This document shows, in pieces, positions 48,577-57,673 of a stretch of 64,000 nt of DNA (its first letter is position 1; each line of letters begins with the position of its first letter). The DNA comes from Pseudolabrys sp. Lineage in GTDB: Bacteria > Pseudomonadota > Alphaproteobacteria > Rhizobiales > Xanthobacteraceae. The notes under the pieces were generated by a model that saw only the letters and a program-made list of their open reading frames with translations, was not told the DNA's origin and did not search any database. The position numbers were made by a program, and so were the translations under genes. The stretch lies in contig DASSRW010000077.1 of the NCBI GenBank assembly GCA_035701545.1, forward strand, positions 688 to 64,687. Direction: 5' to 3'.

Positions 48577-49646
48577 CCGGGACTGTGGCCGGAGGGATAG
48601 GGACGATGACATCAGGAAGCAAAGCGCCCGATTCACCGTCGCGAACGTCGCTCCGGAGCGACGTGTTTTCCTTTTTGTACAAGACACTGCCCTATGCGCC
48701 GTCCGTCGATCGCCTTCTGCTGCTGGCGCGCTTTGTTCGCGCACACAATCGCATTCCACGCAATCCGGCCCGGACCGGCGCCACCTTCAACGATCTGATC
48801 TTCGGCCGGTTGGTCAAGGCAGACTGGAACAATCTCGAGCGATTTTGCATCGACAAGGAGTACGTCAAGTTTTTCGCGCAGGGCGTCTGTCCCGATGTAA
48901 GAACGGCGCGGACAGTCGATGTCATTCGTTTCGACCGTGAAGCGGGGTTCGAGGCCGCCGAATCCGTCCTGCTCGCCCGTGCCGGGACCGATCTCGTTGC
49001 GAAACCCACCCACGGATCGGGAATGGTCCTTTTCCTCCGCAAGACTCCGTTGCGCGAGGAGATACATCGTTTCTGTGTGGCAGCCTCGGAGTCGTATTAT
49101 CGGCGGTCACGCGAAAATCTGTATGCAGGACTGGAACGCAAAATCCTTCTTGAAGAGGACCTTTCCGAGGACGAGCAGCCGCCTGTCGACTACAAGTTTT
49201 TCTGCGCCCGCGGAAAGGTATTGTTTGGCCAGATCGACGTCGACCGTTTCGCCCACCACCAGCGGGCTCTTGTGACCCCTGCTTTCGAGCGGATGGACGT
49301 GCGCTACATGCACGACACGCCGACCCGGCCGTTGGGCCGGCCCGCCAACTTTGAGCAGATGGTCGACGCGGCAGCAAAGCTCTCCAGGTTCTTTTCCTTT
49401 GTGCGAGTCGACCTCTATTCCGTTCGCGGCGCAGTCTTTCTCGGCGAGCTCACGCTCGCGCCCGAAGGCGGCGCGGGATCGCTGTCCGACGAAAGCTTCG
49501 GTGCGCGCGTGATGGCGGACATACGGAAGGCCAACGAGGGCGGCAGACCGGCCTTCGCCGGAACGGCGTTTCCGGAAGACAAGCCGCTGGTCTCCGGAGG
49601 TGAGCGGCGGAAGCGGCGGGGGCGCCTTGCAGGAGGACAGCTTTGA
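48573..49646 (+). CDS. TupA-like ATP-grasp protein
   Basis: IDKEYVK, VAKPTHGSG, LLEEDL...PVDYKFFC..GK...QIDVDRF, FVRVDLY, GELTLAP.GG. Confidence 0.8.
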   Translation: MTGTVAGGIGTMTSGSKAPDSPSRTSLRSDVFSFLYKTLPYAPSVDRLLLLARFVRAHNRIPRNPARTGATFNDLIFGRLVKADWNNLERFCIDKEYVKFFAQGVCPDVRTARTVDVIRFDREAGFEAAESVLLARAGTDLVAKPTHGSGMVLFLRKTPLREEIHRFCVAASESYYRRSRENLYAGLERKILLEEDLSEDEQPPVDYKFFCARGKVLFGQIDVDRFAHHQRALVTPAFERMDVRYMHDTPTRPLGRPANFEQMVDAAAKLSRFFSFVRVDLYSVRGAVFLGELTLAPEGGAGSLSDESFGARVMADIRKANEGGRPAFAGTAFPEDKPLVSGGERRKRRGRLAGGQL

Positions 49647-51079
49647 AGACCACACGGTTTGACGCGCTGAGCCGCCGCTCGCTGCTGTGCGGCGGGCTCT
49701 CCCTGCTCGGCGGCCGCGTATTTGCCCAAGCGGGAGTGCTGCCACAGCGCGCCGCCGGCCGCAGATTTTATGTGGCGCCGACCGGCAGCGACACGAACCG
49801 CGGCTCGGAGACGTCACCGTTCCGAACGATCAGCGGCGCCTTGAGGACGATTTCCGACCTGCATGCGAATGACACGTTGGTCGTGATGCCCGGCGTTTAC
49901 GCTGAGCAGGTCGTGATTGCGAGGGGTGGCGATGAGAGCGGGTATCTGACGCTGCAATCGCAAGTGCCGCACGCCGCCAGGATTCGCTCTCCGAAGAACA
50001 CCTACAGCGCAGTCAATATCGTCAGCAACTACGTGGCGCTTGAGGGCTTCGACGTGCAAGCCGGCGGAAGCGGCCACGGCATCGAGGCGACCTTTCTCGA
50101 GGGAAACCCCGCCAATAACGGGCCTCACCACATCAAGATCGTCAACAACGTTTCGCATGACAATGCCGGCAGCGGAATAGGAGTGGCGTATGGAGATTTT
50201 TACACGATCGACGGAAACGTCTGCTGCCGCAATTGCGCAACGAACCGCTATCAGGGCAGCGGCATTTCAATTTATGCCGCGCGCGCGGTGGCTGGCGCAA
50301 CGGACGCGTTCCGCAATTTCGTCCGCCGGAACATCTGCTTCGACAACATGATCGTTGATCTGCCCGGCAGTCCCGAGCCGCCGCATTCGGACGGCAACGG
50401 CATCATCATCGACGATCTGGCCAACTCGCAAAGTCACTATCCGGCAGGGGCATACCCTTTCGAGACGCTGGTCGAGAACAACGTGTCGTTTCGCAATGGC
50501 GGCAGGGGCGTGCATGTGTATCTGAGCGACAACGTCACGGTTCTGAACAACACCAGCTATCACAACAACCGCGACAAGCTTAATCCGGGCACCTGGCGCG
50601 GAGAACTCAGCAATGTCGCCTCCAGCAACACGATATGGGCGAACAATATCGGCGTGGCCGATCCGGCGGTGAACCGGAACAACGTGGCAATCAACGAGGC
50701 TTCGACGGAGGAGCGGCGGAGCAGCAATGTCGCCTGGCACAGCAATCTGACTTTCAATGGTCGGCCGGGCGATGCCTCCGTTGATCTCGGCAAGCCTCAC
50801 GGCGTTCTCTCCTCAGGCAAGTTCGGCGACAATCTTCTCGGCGTCGATCCGCTGTTCGTCGGCGGCAACGTGCAAGAGGCGGCAGACCTGCGGCTTCGCG
50901 CCGGCTCGCCGGCGGTGGATGCCGGGACCATTTCCTATGGCGCTTCCGAGACGGATGTCGCGGGACATGCCCGGGTCAGGGGCGGATCGATCGATCTTGG
51001 CGCGTTCGAATATGGCGATGAGGAAGAAAGCCGGGATGATGCCTTGGGAAGCGGCGCTCGGGGGAGCACCGTCCGGTGA
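49643..51079 (+). CDS. Tat-exported right-handed parallel beta-helix protein (polysaccharide lyase/epimerase-like fold)
   Basis: LSRRSLL signal; FYVAPTGSD..GS..SPFRTI; repeated N/G/I-rich coils (HSDGNGIIID); C-terminal LRAGSPAVDAG...IDLGAFEY. Confidence 0.8.
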   Translation: MKTTRFDALSRRSLLCGGLSLLGGRVFAQAGVLPQRAAGRRFYVAPTGSDTNRGSETSPFRTISGALRTISDLHANDTLVVMPGVYAEQVVIARGGDESGYLTLQSQVPHAARIRSPKNTYSAVNIVSNYVALEGFDVQAGGSGHGIEATFLEGNPANNGPHHIKIVNNVSHDNAGSGIGVAYGDFYTIDGNVCCRNCATNRYQGSGISIYAARAVAGATDAFRNFVRRNICFDNMIVDLPGSPEPPHSDGNGIIIDDLANSQSHYPAGAYPFETLVENNVSFRNGGRGVHVYLSDNVTVLNNTSYHNNRDKLNPGTWRGELSNVASSNTIWANNIGVADPAVNRNNVAINEASTEERRSSNVAWHSNLTFNGRPGDASVDLGKPHGVLSSGKFGDNLLGVDPLFVGGNVQEAADLRLRAGSPAVDAGTISYGASETDVAGHARVRGGSIDLGAFEYGDEEESRDDALGSGARGSTVR

Positions 51080-51151
51080 GGCACAAGGGCAGGGTCATTC
51101 TTGCGCCTTGTTGCGGCGCTCAAATTGGCGGTGCTTGTAGCGGAGAAGAGC

Positions 51152-52303
51152 ATGGGCAAGAACAGGCTTAGAGCCCTGCCGGGCAAGCTGGACGCCAACG
51201 GCACGCAACGCGAGAATGTGAGCTTCTCGGACGCGAGCGGCCTCATCTGGCAGAGCGCCTCATTCGTCTTTTGCCGGCGCAATGCGAAGCTCATCTCGGT
51301 TTTTGCGATCATCGGGCTGGCGATTGGTATTTCCTATCTCTCGCTTGCGCCCGCGATGTTCACGGCCAAAGCGCAGTTGTTGATCGAGCCGAAGCTGCCG
51401 CAATTTTTGCAGGAGAACGCCAGCGACTCGAGTCACGTCCTCGACAGCTCGCAACTGGAAAGTCATATGGTGCTTCTGCAGTCCGAACGCGTCGCGACGG
51501 CGGTGATCGAAAAACTGAACCTGTTGCACGACCCTGAATTTCAGGAGCAATCCGGCTGGGCCGAACGAGGATTGAGCGAGCTCGGCCTGGTGAAGGACGG
51601 AAAGCTTCCGGACAGCCTCGACTTTCTTTCTCCGCTGGTCGCGCGCGGAGACGGAAAGGACCCGATGCAGACGGCGGTGAAGCGATTTGCGGACCACTTG
51701 CGCGTCCGCCGGATCGGTATTTCGTACGCAGTCGAGGTGGCGTTTTCTTCACGCGATGCCGCAAAGGCGGCGAGGATCGCAAATGCGACAACCGACGCTT
51801 ATTTGCAGACGCTGATCGACTTCCGCGCCGATGCGGCGCGCGTCGCCAGTCAGTGGCTGGAAGACCGGCTTGCCCAGCTCAGGGTCCAGATGAATGCTGC
51901 AAACATCCGGGCGCAGCGATTCAAGGCAGCGCAGGATTACCGCATTGTGAAGCCGTCGGACCCTCCGAAGCCCGTCACGGATGGCATCGACAAAACAACC
52001 GCATCACCAGGCGGCGGCCAGACGACGCTCGACGAGCTTGAGCTGACGGCGGACACCTATCGGAAAGTGTATCAGAATTTCTTCAGCGCCTTCACCGAGG
52101 CCGTGCAGCGGGAATCCTATCCGGTTTCCAATGTGCAGGTAGTCTCAAAGGCCGTTGCGCCCGATCACAAGAGCTCGCCGAAGACGCTGATCGTTCTTGC
52201 TCTGGCGCTGGCCGTCGGCGCCTTCATCGGCGCCTGCTTCGCGCTGCTTCGCGACGTCTTTTCGCATCGCCCTCCGGATTACCCCTTGCCGGAAAAGACC
52301 TGA
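51152..52303 (+). CDS. Polysaccharide co-polymerase (Wzz/GumC/ExoP N-terminal type) without kinase domain
   Basis: Two TM segments flanking a periplasmic coiled coil; Pro-rich APDHKSSPK before TM2; no Walker A. Confidence 0.85.
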   Translation: MGKNRLRALPGKLDANGTQRENVSFSDASGLIWQSASFVFCRRNAKLISVFAIIGLAIGISYLSLAPAMFTAKAQLLIEPKLPQFLQENASDSSHVLDSSQLESHMVLLQSERVATAVIEKLNLLHDPEFQEQSGWAERGLSELGLVKDGKLPDSLDFLSPLVARGDGKDPMQTAVKRFADHLRVRRIGISYAVEVAFSSRDAAKAARIANATTDAYLQTLIDFRADAARVASQWLEDRLAQLRVQMNAANIRAQRFKAAQDYRIVKPSDPPKPVTDGIDKTTASPGGGQTTLDELELTADTYRKVYQNFFSAFTEAVQRESYPVSNVQVVSKAVAPDHKSSPKTLIVLALALAVGAFIGACFALLRDVFSHRPPDYPLPEKT

Positions 52304-52314
52304 GAGGCCAATTC

Positions 52315-53400
52315 GTGCCCCGGCCGAAGCGTATTTGGGTGGCAACCCCCTATGGCAAAGATGGAATGGGAGGCATCGACCGGCTGAATGATGCGATCTT
52401 TGATGCCGTCGGCCGCCGTCCTCAGCTGGGTTTTCAATGCGTTCGGCTGGTGACCCGCGGGAAGCGAGGATTGCTCTCGGCCCAAGGCGTGTTCGCATCT
52501 GCGCTGCTGCGATTCTGCATGGCGGCGTGGAGAGGCGACGTCGATTTGCTGCATATCCATCTTTCGAACGGCGGCAGCAGCTATCGCAAGGCGGTGCTCG
52601 GCAAATTCGCGAGGGCGCTCCGAATCCCTTACGTGGTGCACTTGCATGGCATCCAGTTTCGGGAATTCTGGGCGAGCACGAACCCGCTTCTCCAGGTGGA
52701 GCTGGAGCGGCTGCACGAGGGTAGCGCGCGCATTGTTGTACTGGGCAAGTACTGGGCCGAGGTGATCCTCGAGCGTTTACCGGATCTTGCCGCCCGGATT
52801 GTCGTGCTTCCCAATGCGACCGCGCTCACCCCGCAGGTTTGCCGCAGCAAGCGTGAGCAAGGCAAGGTACAGATCACCTTTCTGGGAAAGCTGGGTACGA
52901 GGAAGGGCGTACCCGATCTGATCAGGGCACTGAGCCGCCTGGCGAATCTGCCGGATTGGTCGGCGACGATTGCGGGCGACGGCGAGATCGCGGAGGCCAA
53001 AGCGCAGGCGCAACAACTCGGCATTGCCGCGCGCGTCGAAATTCCCGGCTGGCTCGACGTTGCAGCCCGCGAAAAGTTGCTGGCAAGAACGGACATACTC
53101 GTTCTGCCGTCTTATGCGGAAAATCTGCCCATGGTGATTGTCGAGGCGTTCGCGTGCGGTCTGGCGGTGATTGCGACTCCGGTCGGCGCGATACCCGAAG
53201 TGATCGTGGATGGCGACACCGGGCTCCTGGTGCAGCCGGGAGACGACGCCGCGCTGGCGAGCGCGATCGAGCGGCTCGTGAAGGAGCCCGGTCTGCGCAG
53301 CTTGTTGGGAGAGGGCGCGCGGCGGATGTATCGGGAGCGCTTCGAATTCGATCGTTATATCGGGCAGCTGGCCGAAATCTGGCGTCAGGCGACTAACTGA
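52315..53400 (+). CDS. GT4 family glycosyltransferase
   Basis: RKGV, LPSYAENLPMVIVEA (EX7E), GDTGLLVQPGD. Confidence 0.92.
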   Translation: MPRPKRIWVATPYGKDGMGGIDRLNDAIFDAVGRRPQLGFQCVRLVTRGKRGLLSAQGVFASALLRFCMAAWRGDVDLLHIHLSNGGSSYRKAVLGKFARALRIPYVVHLHGIQFREFWASTNPLLQVELERLHEGSARIVVLGKYWAEVILERLPDLAARIVVLPNATALTPQVCRSKREQGKVQITFLGKLGTRKGVPDLIRALSRLANLPDWSATIAGDGEIAEAKAQAQQLGIAARVEIPGWLDVAAREKLLARTDILVLPSYAENLPMVIVEAFACGLAVIATPVGAIPEVIVDGDTGLLVQPGDDAALASAIERLVKEPGLRSLLGEGARRMYRERFEFDRYIGQLAEIWRQATN

Positions 53401-54688
53401 AGGGTGTTGTCTGGCTCGGCTGCTTTGCAAGCACGAGCATTCCAGCGAGCGCCGCAGCGAGAAGCGCGTTCAAGTTGTTCGGCAGAATGATTGTCGTTTC
53501 GACGAAGTTGTGAATGACGATGATCGATATCACGGCTAGCGGAAAAACGGCGGGACGCGGTTCATGTACGTGCATCGTGAGCATGTGGCGGGCCGCGCAA
53601 AAGATCAGCCATGCAACCACTGCAACGCAAACCGCCAGGCCGGCGTAGCCGAGATAGATGAACGTCTCGAGATAGCCGTTGTGGGCGCTTCCGAAGCTCG
53701 TCTGCAGCAGCGCCGACACTTCGCTGTCGAGCGTGAAGAAGCCCGTAAAGTAACCGCTGCCGAACAGCGACGGCGTTTTTTCAACGATCTGGAGGATGAA
53801 ATACCACAGAAGCGTTCGTCCCGTCAGGTCGCTGTCTCGGTCGAGAAGGTGCAAAGCCCAAGCCGCAATCTCGTCCCGCAGCAGCAGCAGCACGACGGCC
53901 GCAAGGGCGACAATCAGCGCAAAAATTCCCTTGTGGGCGGGAGACTGCCGGCAAAACGCGAGAAGCACCAGGCTGAGCGCCGTCATTACCGCTGCGATGA
54001 CAAATCCGGTGCTCGAACGCGCCCCCACGAGGCATGCAACAGCCGCAAGCAGTGCAACGCCGCGCGTCGTCAAATGGCTGAAACAGTCGCGGCCAAAGAC
54101 CAGGACAACCGCGAACGCGACCCCTGCCCACAGGCCGAGCGTGTTGCGGTGGCCAAAAATCCCTCGCCAGGCGCCCGCATGGATGGCCTGGATTGCATCG
54201 CCCGGCTGATGCACGCCATACAACGGATAAACGACAACCATCGCGCAACTGAGCACGCAGGCCAGACTCAGGCCGCGCCCAATCAGCGCGATCAGGTCGC
54301 GTCTGGCGTACGCGGCGCCGAGCGACAAACCGAACACTGTCGTTCCGGCAAAAGCGCCGGCCCGGCGCAGCGAGAGCAAGGGGTCGGGCGACCAGACGGT
54401 CGACAGCATGGCAAGCAACGGCAACAGGAGAATCGGCCAGGCGCGCGTCAGGACGGGCGTCATGTTCCTGTTGCCAAGCAGAAGCAGGCTTCCGGAGCAG
54501 TAGAAAAAGGCGAGAATGGTTTGCGAGAGGGCGGAGCCGGCGCCGGGCTCCGATGCGAGTCTAAGATCCGCGCCTGATGTCACCAACACGAAGCCGCCGC
54601 CGACGAACAGAAAGCCTGTCAGGTAAAACGCGTAGAGCAGCCTGTTCAGAGGTACAGCCGACGACCTGAGGTCTATCGCAACGGTCAT
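53393..54688 (-). CDS. Wzy polymerase / O-antigen ligase family (ExoQ-like)
   Basis: Multi-TM; WRGIFGHRNTLG, DLTGRTLLW, SAHNGYLE. Confidence 0.85.
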   Translation of the reverse strand: MTVAIDLRSSAVPLNRLLYAFYLTGFLFVGGGFVLVTSGADLRLASEPGAGSALSQTILAFFYCSGSLLLLGNRNMTPVLTRAWPILLLPLLAMLSTVWSPDPLLSLRRAGAFAGTTVFGLSLGAAYARRDLIALIGRGLSLACVLSCAMVVVYPLYGVHQPGDAIQAIHAGAWRGIFGHRNTLGLWAGVAFAVVLVFGRDCFSHLTTRGVALLAAVACLVGARSSTGFVIAAVMTALSLVLLAFCRQSPAHKGIFALIVALAAVVLLLLRDEIAAWALHLLDRDSDLTGRTLLWYFILQIVEKTPSLFGSGYFTGFFTLDSEVSALLQTSFGSAHNGYLETFIYLGYAGLAVCVAVVAWLIFCAARHMLTMHVHEPRPAVFPLAVISIIVIHNFVETTIILPNNLNALLAAALAGMLVLAKQPSQTTPFS

Positions 54689-54701
54689 GACCAAACGCCG
54701 G

Positions 54702-55544
54702 TTACGGCTGCCGGCCGAGCGACCGCGGCAGGCGCAGATCCAGCAGGCTGAGAAAAACGAAGCGTGGGGCCAAATAGAGGTAGCGCCACCAAAGCCTGCG
54801 CGGCTCGGAAAGCAGGCGATACAGCCACTCCAGTCCGTTTGACCGCATCCATGCCGGCGCGCGCTTCAGGCGCCCGCTATGGAAATCAAAGGCCGCCCCG
54901 ACACCGATTGCGATGAGATTGTTGAGCTTCCCGATATTCTGCAGCATCCAGATTTCTTGTTTGGGGCAACCGAGACCAACCCACAAAATATCCGGTGCTG
55001 TCTCGTTGATCCGATCGACTGCTGCGGTCGCTTCCTGCTCGGACAGTTCACGAAAAGGCGGGCAATCGACGCCCACGATGAGCAGGCCGGGATACAACGC
55101 CCTGGCCCTTCGTGCGAGCTCATCCGCCACTCCCTGGGATCCGCCGTAGAAGTAGTGACGCCACCCCATCTTTGCCGAATGCTCCAGCAGGCGGAGCATC
55201 AGGTCAGGGCCGCAGACGCGTTCAATCTGCCTTTCTCCACGCAGCCTCGACAGCCAGACGACCGGCATGCCGTCGGGAAGGATCATCGCTGCATGGCGCA
55301 GCGCCTTCCTGTGCAACGGATCGTCGCGCGCGCGCATGATGCTGTGGACGTCGGCAGCGCAGATGTAACGGCTCGCTTTTGCTTCGATCCACCGGGCGAC
55401 GGTATCGATCACCTGGTCCATGTTGAGTGCGGCCACGCCAACGCCGAGTATTCGGACCGTTCGCGGAGCAGTCGATTGCGGATGCGGCTGATGAACCACC
55501 TCTTCGCAAGATACGTCTGGATTGCGTAAAAGCATAATAAGCAA
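54702..55544 (-). CDS. WecB/TagA/CpsF (GT26) glycosyltransferase
   Basis: PDGMPV, RVCGPDL, WVGLGCPKQE, GVGAAFDF, GLEWLYRL..EPRRL. Confidence 0.92.
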   Translation of the reverse strand: MLIMLLRNPDVSCEEVVHQPHPQSTAPRTVRILGVGVAALNMDQVIDTVARWIEAKASRYICAADVHSIMRARDDPLHRKALRHAAMILPDGMPVVWLSRLRGERQIERVCGPDLMLRLLEHSAKMGWRHYFYGGSQGVADELARRARALYPGLLIVGVDCPPFRELSEQEATAAVDRINETAPDILWVGLGCPKQEIWMLQNIGKLNNLIAIGVGAAFDFHSGRLKRAPAWMRSNGLEWLYRLLSEPRRLWWRYLYLAPRFVFLSLLDLRLPRSLGRQP

Positions 55545-55565
55545 CTTCTACTGAAATGGTCGCGT

Positions 55566-56939
55566 CTATCTGGATTGCGCGTCTCGGGGTTGAAGCGGCT
55601 GCGCCTGCAAGGAGGCCTCGGAGGTTGCTTCGGCCGGCTGGCTGCCGCAGCATTTGACCTTGATCGTGTCGCCGGGCTGCACGAGCGTCGTTTCCGTTGC
55701 GGGAAATTCCGCGAAGTTCTTTCCGGCGCGCCGGATGATCGAAAAGCTCAGCTGCGCGCTCACCCAAATCGGTGCAATCTTGTCGGATTCGGCGACCAGG
55801 CTCCGGTCGGTGGCCATTTTGACTCCGATCTGCTCGAGCCTTGCGCGCGTCGAATTCAGGTCGCCGACGACGCTTTCCCTGAACTTCGATCGAAGCTCCA
55901 TGAGCGACGTGTCGGCCTTGCTCAGCTCTTCGATCGTCCCCTTGAGCCGGCTTTTCAGGCGGAGCGATTCGCCTTCCGTGGTCGCCGCTTCCCGTTGTGC
56001 GGTCAAATAGCGCTGCTCGGTGACGAGCCCGCTTTTCTGCTTCTTGTCGACTTCCTGCTTGTCCTGTTGCGCCAGCGCGAGCAGCTTGTCCTGCTGCTGG
56101 ATTTGCGCCTTGATTGAATTGACCTCACCCGTCAAATAATTCTTCACTTGCTGAAACGATTGCGCGCTGATTTCCAGCGCATGCTTGCGCGCTTTAAACA
56201 ACAAGCGCTCCTGCGCCATCGCTGAGGTCGCCTGCTTGTCCCCGTGCTCGGCCAAAGACGATGGAAATTTGATGTCGTCTTGGCCGTTCAGCTCGGCGTC
56301 CAGCCGGGCCGCTCGTGCCAGCAGGGCCGTTCGCTCGCCGGCAAGCTCGTTCAATTCGCCGGTCCAGCCGACAATCTCGCGCTCGATTTGATGGACATCG
56401 ATTGCATGACTACGCGGCAGCCCGCCGGCTATCGCCATCGCTTGAATGACGGTCATCCCGGGCCGAAACGAATATTCGCCGGAGGTCGCCACATCGCCCA
56501 CGATATAGAAGGGCCGGAATTTGATGATCTCGACCGAAGCATCCGGCCTTTGAGCGATGTTGATCCGCTCCTGCAGCCGCTCGGAAATCAGTCGGGCCAG
56601 TTCGCCCGTGGTGGCATCGGCGGCCTGGACCTCGCCGACGAGCGGCAGGGATATTTTCCCGGCGGCATCGATCGTATAGTCGCCGTTGACGGATTGCCAT
56701 TCGAACACCTCGGCCTGGGACGGTCGCCACGCCACGATCTTGAGGCGAATCTGATCAAACGGACCGAGGTGGTATTCGGAACGCGCAGACGCGGTCTTGT
56801 CAGCCTGCTCTTGAATTTGCGCGAAGCCGGGCTGGAGGGGGCAAAGTGTCACGGCAAGCGCGAACGTCGTCGCCAGCGCGAGAAGCTGGCCGCGACGCTG
56901 GCAGCGCGAGGGAGCGAGTTCGGACATACGAGTGCTCAT
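55566..56939 (-). CDS. Polysaccharide export OPX protein (ExoF-like with coiled-coil extension)
   Basis: EYHLGPFDQIRL, GKISLPLVGEV, RPFYIVGDV..GEY.FRPGMTV.QA.A.AGG, VQPGDTIKV; start at MSTRMSE. Confidence 0.85.
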   Translation of the reverse strand: MSTRMSELAPSRCQRRGQLLALATTFALAVTLCPLQPGFAQIQEQADKTASARSEYHLGPFDQIRLKIVAWRPSQAEVFEWQSVNGDYTIDAAGKISLPLVGEVQAADATTGELARLISERLQERINIAQRPDASVEIIKFRPFYIVGDVATSGEYSFRPGMTVIQAMAIAGGLPRSHAIDVHQIEREIVGWTGELNELAGERTALLARAARLDAELNGQDDIKFPSSLAEHGDKQATSAMAQERLLFKARKHALEISAQSFQQVKNYLTGEVNSIKAQIQQQDKLLALAQQDKQEVDKKQKSGLVTEQRYLTAQREAATTEGESLRLKSRLKGTIEELSKADTSLMELRSKFRESVVGDLNSTRARLEQIGVKMATDRSLVAESDKIAPIWVSAQLSFSIIRRAGKNFAEFPATETTLVQPGDTIKVKCCGSQPAEATSEASLQAQPLQPRDAQSR

Positions 56940-57187
56940 AGGCGCGTCCCCAAAGTCTCCGCAGATACGAAAAAAACGTGTGACTCCCGGTGGATCGGCG
57001 GCAGCATTGGGTCTTGCTGTTCGGGAGAGGCAGCAGGATACCGGCGCCCCCGAACAGTTCGAATTAAGAACTAATTGGCTAATTCGGGGTTCCGATCCGT
57101 AAACGCATTTCCGGGCGCGCAACGTCGCAACGCGAACAAGCCGGCATCCCGTTCCGGTCAGGCGACGCGATTTCAGCGCCGGGCCGT

Positions 57188-57589
57188 TCAGTCCAGGTAC
57201 TGCGCCGGCTTTGTCTCCAGCTGAAATATCCAAAGCAGCAGCGTCGCGGCGGCTGCAATCGCGGCGATCAGAAAGAATCCGACCAGCCGGCCAAACTCTT
57301 GATAGACAAACCCGTCGTAAGCGTGCTGACCGATGCTGCCAGGCCGGACATTGCGCGGACCGCGCCGCGGGCGAAATTGAAACGCCCGTTGCCGGTCGTC
57401 AGGTCGGTTATCACGAGCACGGTCAACACGGTCACGATCGCGCTGGTCACGTCAGCGCGAGGACCAGGATGATTGCGGAGCCGCCAATCAGCACGATGCC
57501 GAGTGCGACCAGGGCGCGCTTGCCGACGCGACGCCCTGGAAGCGCGGGGAGATCGCGCCGACAACACCCGCTTTGTTTGCGAACTGCAT
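57188..57589 (-). pseudogene. Decayed MFS transporter (internal deletion plus frameshift)
   Basis: Fragments KRALVALGIVLIGGSAIILVLA, TSAIVTVLTVLVITDLTTGNGRFNFARGAV and, after a frameshift near 57312, GFVYQEFGRLVGFFLIAAIAAAATLLLWIFQLETKP read as MFS TM segments with the typical terminal ETK motif. Confidence 0.65.
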
Positions 57590-57673
57590 TGCAACGGATC
57601 CTCTCACGTCGCGAACTCAGCCTTTCGGCTCTGCCGTTTCGCCGTTTCCGAAGATCGACATCTGGCCTCGATC

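Noticed and set aside
48573-49646. Graspetide (microviridin-type) ATP-grasp ligase
   Set aside because: Motifs are TupA-like, the context is polysaccharide synthesis, and no repeat-core precursor is present
57060-57086. CtrA box (TTAA-N7-TTAA)
   Set aside because: The second half-site is absent on both strands
55566-57233. Long N-terminal extension of the OPX ORF
   Set aside because: The upstream part spans the regulatory region and MFS remnant end; the signal-peptide-like sequence follows ATG 56939
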